A stretch of DNA of 64,000 nt, taken from positions 1-64,000 of the forward strand of contig NW_027272210.1 in assembly GCF_040938485.1 (NCBI RefSeq), written 5' to 3'. The notes under the pieces are model-generated. The model saw only the letters and a program-made list of their open reading frames with translations, ran no database searches and was not told where the DNA came from. Both the position numbers and the translations under genes were made by a program. This document shows positions 60,026 through 64,000 of the stretch, piece after piece (position 1 is the stretch's first letter; each line of letters opens with the position of its first letter). Source of the stretch: Diadema antillarum. Lineage: Eukaryota.

Positions 60026-61591
60026 TTACACTTTTAGTCTTGATTGATAAAGTTCGTCGTAGTATTTCATGACTGTATCCGTGCATCTGATGACGTCAGG
60101 AGTCACATGATCCCGAGAAGGCATGGGACCCGGAGGCGCAAATATCCCGGTCGTTAATGCCCTGTCGTAGAAACCTTTGATGCTTCCGATCAAATCCTCT
60201 CCGGCAACATTCCATTTATCAGTCAACGCCATGGATGCGTCCCACTTCAACAATGATTCGTCGTAAGGTAGCCCGATAGCTTCGCAGTACTTCGGCAACA
60301 GTTCGGCTGGATTCGACAACAGGTCGTCGGCATCGACCACGATCGGGTTACTGTCGAGATTCTCGCGAACATACTTCCAGAGTTCGTAGAGCTCACCGAA
60401 AGCCAGCTGGAAGGGATCCATGAATGGATAGTCCCGCCCTACATCAAAAGTGTTCTCTTCTGGAGATTCACCGCGGAGCACGCCCAGCTCACTAAGCGTT
60501 GTGTGGGTCGCCTTGCGTAGTGACGTGAACACTCGGAGAGGGTGTCTGATGAGGAATGTGTGCTTGTATCCTTTGGGCAGAAATTCAAAATTACAGCTTT
60601 TCATCGCGGTACCCATATCCTTCACGAAAACATGCTTGCCTGTAGAACGCTCAAGGAAACGCTGGATGGACGCGTATCTGCAAGGAAGATTTCAGGTGAA
60701 ACGACATGATGTTATTTTAGTGCCTTTTGGGTCTATTCTGGTCGATTCATGCTATTTATGAATTATCATTCCTTTTTAAAGGGCATTCTACCGTCTTGAT
60801 CACATCGAAATATCTGACTTTACTCTGTTCATATAAAAACAAACTTTCTTTTCATTTATTTTCCATAGCCAAATGATACAAAATTGTTACAAACTTGACG
60901 ATGGAAATGAGTTTCTTTTTCCTCCCTGTAAAGGAGGTGATACGTGGCTAGTAGGTGTGGTCAATTGATGCTGGAGTCACGTTTTATGTACCTGTTTGTT
61001 TTGTTTCTGTTTTGGGCTTTCTTTCTTCTTCTTTTTTGTCCACTCAATAAAACTGAGGGGAAGATAAATATAGCTTTAAATGATTAATTGCGTGCATCGT
61101 CTGATGGCAATCATGACCAAGACCACTATACGTGTCAACGTCAACCGTCTGATGAATTGATTGTTTTTCACATTATCATAGAGGACGGGGTACATGTATA
61201 ACAGCGGAAATGGAGCCATGTTGATTGGGTGCATGTATACTTACGACAAGTGTTGAGGCTTGAGGGCGTTGCATCTCCATACGCCCCGAAGATGGTCCGC
61301 TGCCTGCTGGAAGAATTTTTCGTTCCCTTCGTATTCCTTCGGGATCGTTAGGTTGAGGTCGCTGGCACTCACTGTCTCCGTAGCCAGGCAGTAGAAGTAA
61401 GGTTCGAACCACACCTCGATGCCGTCGATGGCGGAAAGACACTTCGTCACGGCACTGGAAATGGTGCGCGGCACGCACCACATGATGGTACGGCTCCGTG
61501 CCTCGGGAGGAGTTCCACTGGGGTCAGACGCCATACCAGCAGTTGGTGTAGCTACATGTGACGGAAATACCCTATTGTCAAAGGACTCCAT
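60026..61591 (-). CDS. Sulfotransferase-like P-loop-fold protein, copy C, 332 aa
   Basis: complement join(61245..61591,60026..60677); same phase-2 intron; TAA stop; intact frame. Confidence 0.85.
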
Positions 61592-61619
61592 ATTGAAATG
61601 CAGAATATCTTTTAATTAA

Positions 61620-62248
61620 CCCGCTGAAGGGTTTTTTGGGCGTTACACATTTTTGGGGTATTCAAATTTTCAAAAAATAAACAAAAATATATATTTTTGC
61701 TACTAGGCCTAAATACGATGCAATATATCATTTTCAAGAGAAAATGTTGAATTTTTTCATCTCAAAAGTTTCAGAATGATTTTATCAACTAATTTGACAT
61801 AAACTGACACCAAAAATGAAATTTGACCTTGAGAAAATAATCATTTTTCAGAAAAATTATGAAAAATTATATTTCTTCTAAGTTTATGCTTTGTTTCTCA
61901 ACTTTTTGTGGTTATGTTGTAGAGGCACTTGTCAGGAATCTTACATGAAAGTTCCAGTTATTTACCTCCTTTCATCTCTATTTGTATGGGAAAGATTGAA
62001 AATTGTCGTGTAGTCCCACATACTATCTTTTTTTGTGGTACATTTTCAAAAATAGCATAATTTGACATCATTTTGCCCCTAAAATTTCACTTTTTGAAGA
62101 CATTCCTGTTTTTGTTTATTTAGGAGATAGAACTAAGTAGGTTTCAGCTAGCACTTATGTTAAGGGTACAAATTTAGTCAGAAAATGTGAATAAAAATAT
62201 GTCAAAAATAGTGTTGGGCCAGTAAATTGGCCCTTAGTAGGTTACGGG
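61620..62248. mobile_element. piggyBac-like insertion immediately upstream of sulfotransferase-like copy C
   Basis: TTAA|CCCG ... CGGG|(T)TTAA; the flanks rejoin to match the empty site in copy B (ATATCTTTTAAATCAGCTCTCG). Confidence 0.7.
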
Positions 62249-62719
62249 TTTAATCAACTCTCGTTGTCTTTATTTCAGACAAGCTGGAAATGCATGTACT
62301 GCGAATGCGTCGATCTGCGATCACAAGACACAACGTAATCGCTATAAGAATTACTGTGATATTTACACACGCCAAGAGGAGTAATCATAACGGAAGTTAC
62401 TCAGTTATTGCATGCTTGCCTTTGACTTTGCTGACTATGTAGACAATTGCATCTTGTAATGAAATAATATCTGCATGAACTTGTGAATGACCGAGGTCTC
62501 TGTTGTCAAGCGCACCTCATATAGTGGACTTTGTCACCGCTCATAGTAGTTCGACACCATGAACAGGTTGGCTCTGATAGACAGTATAAGTCAATCAAAA
62601 AATGATACGATTGTCGCTGCCCTATACTTCTAATTAAAGGGGTGTTCTAGCGCAAATTCAATAGTGTTTGCACTTTGAACAGTCTGAGCTTGATCAGTCA
62701 TTTTGACCATTGGTAGATA

Positions 62720-62737
62720 TTATTATCATTATCATTA

Positions 62738-62813
<76 letters not shown>

Positions 62814-62815
62814 CA
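62720..62815. repeat. (TAT)n microsatellite
   Basis: Visible run. Confidence 0.95.
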
Positions 62816-63479
62816 TTGCTGCTGCTGCTTTGAAAAAATAAGGAGAAATATTACCTGCGTCCAAGATTACTATTCCGTCAAAAAAATTTGATACTTAAAA
62901 TTACATAACTTTCTTACTACCTGTCCGATTATATTCATCTTAATCTCATCTATTCATGTAAAAAATGGATATCAAATGAAATTCATGTACGTGTCAGCGG
63001 GAGACTATAGTAAGGCTAATATCGTAATCTCTTCCAAATTTTCGAATGTAGTTAATTGCGACTGATGTACTGTTTTGTGAAGCAGGCATCGAGGAAATTC
63101 TTATTCTGCATCTAATTTTGATGCAACCTCTGTCTTTCTGTTCGTCTGATTTTCTCTTTAAGTCCTCTATTCCATGCCATTTCGAAGTCGACTTTTATTG
63201 AAAGGAAATTAAATCATAATTTATACTTTAAAAAAAAAATCAAAGTCAACTTGGGGAATCGTGCTATAAAGGCAACTTTATCGTTGAGTGGAAAGAACGT
63301 TTGCAAGAGGTGGTTCAAAGTCCAAACAGTGACCACGATGAATGTTTACTCTATTCAAATAAGAAAAGCAGCTCTGCCACTCCTGTTCTGTCTGTCTGTC
63401 TGTCTGTCTCTCGATCAGCCAGATATATGCATGGAGAAAAGACGAAAGAGTAAGTTACAGAGGGAGGAATGACATATAC

Positions 63480-63526
63480 CTATATCTATATCTATCTATC
63501 TATCTATCTATCTATCTACCTACCTA
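63480..63526. repeat. (TATC)n microsatellite
   Basis: Visible run. Confidence 0.9.
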
Positions 63527-64000
63527 TTATAAATCGTTCCTCCAATTCACTGTTTCTCTTTTTGTTCAGCCACTTTTTTTTTTCACTGAACTTGATTATT
63601 TTATATGTATCTAATTGATGTGTGCGTGTGTGTGTTTCTGCAAGGTGAAACGAACTATCTGAAATATATTGTTCTCTACTAAATATATGTAAAAATTGTA
63701 ATTACTCGGATCATTAATTGGATAAGGCAGGGACTGGAGAGATGTGAATCAAAGCTCTGAGAAGTGCGTCAGTATATCTAATCATAGGTATTGAAGTAGT
63801 TTCCCGTTTGAGGTGGCCAGATCGACGGAAATTCACCACCTCAGGGTTATTTATGCTATAATATGATTCGTGATATAGATATATACCCAGTCAGTAAAAG
63901 ACTTACCAAGCTGCCCTTTGAAAGAAATAGGGTTATCTCATACACTGATGGAGAGTGGGAAATCTGAGGACATCACATGTTCCTATATAGGCCCCTATAC

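Noticed and set aside
18167-61591. PFAS plus three sulfotransferase-like genes, all on the - strand, as an operon or purine/PAPS metabolic cluster
   Set aside because: Gaps are 3.7-5.5 kb and repeat-filled, each gene has its own upstream motifs, and the CpG domains differ; co-orientation is explained by tandem duplication.
49265-61591. Calling these genes branched-chain amino acid aminotransferases
   Set aside because: There is no PLP/aminotransferase class IV domain; only the sulfotransferase-like domain that is fused to it in plants is present.
63907-64000. Minus-strand exon-like segment ending in TTG|GTAAGT near the window end, as a UTR exon of copy C or a fourth gene
   Set aside because: There is no counterpart upstream of copy B, no recognisable coding signal, and it is truncated by the window edge.

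Overview
Intron-rich, AT-rich animal genomic DNA. The repeat landscape and gene content suggest an invertebrate deuterostome, probably an echinoderm (inference only). I reconstructed five protein-coding genes by hand from GT-AG splice sites and phase continuity. (1) A + strand 7-exon F-box/LRR (FBXL-type) gene, about 932 aa, with a very long acidic N-terminal extension that carries a duplicated conserved motif. (2) A - strand 23-coding-exon PFAS/FGAMS gene (1338 aa), tail-to-tail with it. (3-5) A - strand tandem array of three intact two-exon genes (333/332/332 aa) of the P-loop-like sulfotransferase family (Pfam Sulfotransfer_5 type, often mis-annotated as 'BCAT-like protein'). The paralogs share conserved upstream motifs, including a DR5-like nuclear-receptor element, and show mosaic similarity; one has a TTAA-targeted insertion right next to its ATG. 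Introns and intergenic DNA are full of non-autonomous DNA elements (Helentron-associated HINE-like, Kolobok, piggyBac, Harbinger and Tc1/mariner MITEs). CpG content rises at about 44 kb, as expected at a mosaic-methylation boundary. No rRNA, tRNA or CRISPR was recognised. No database searches were run; family names come from recognised motifs.
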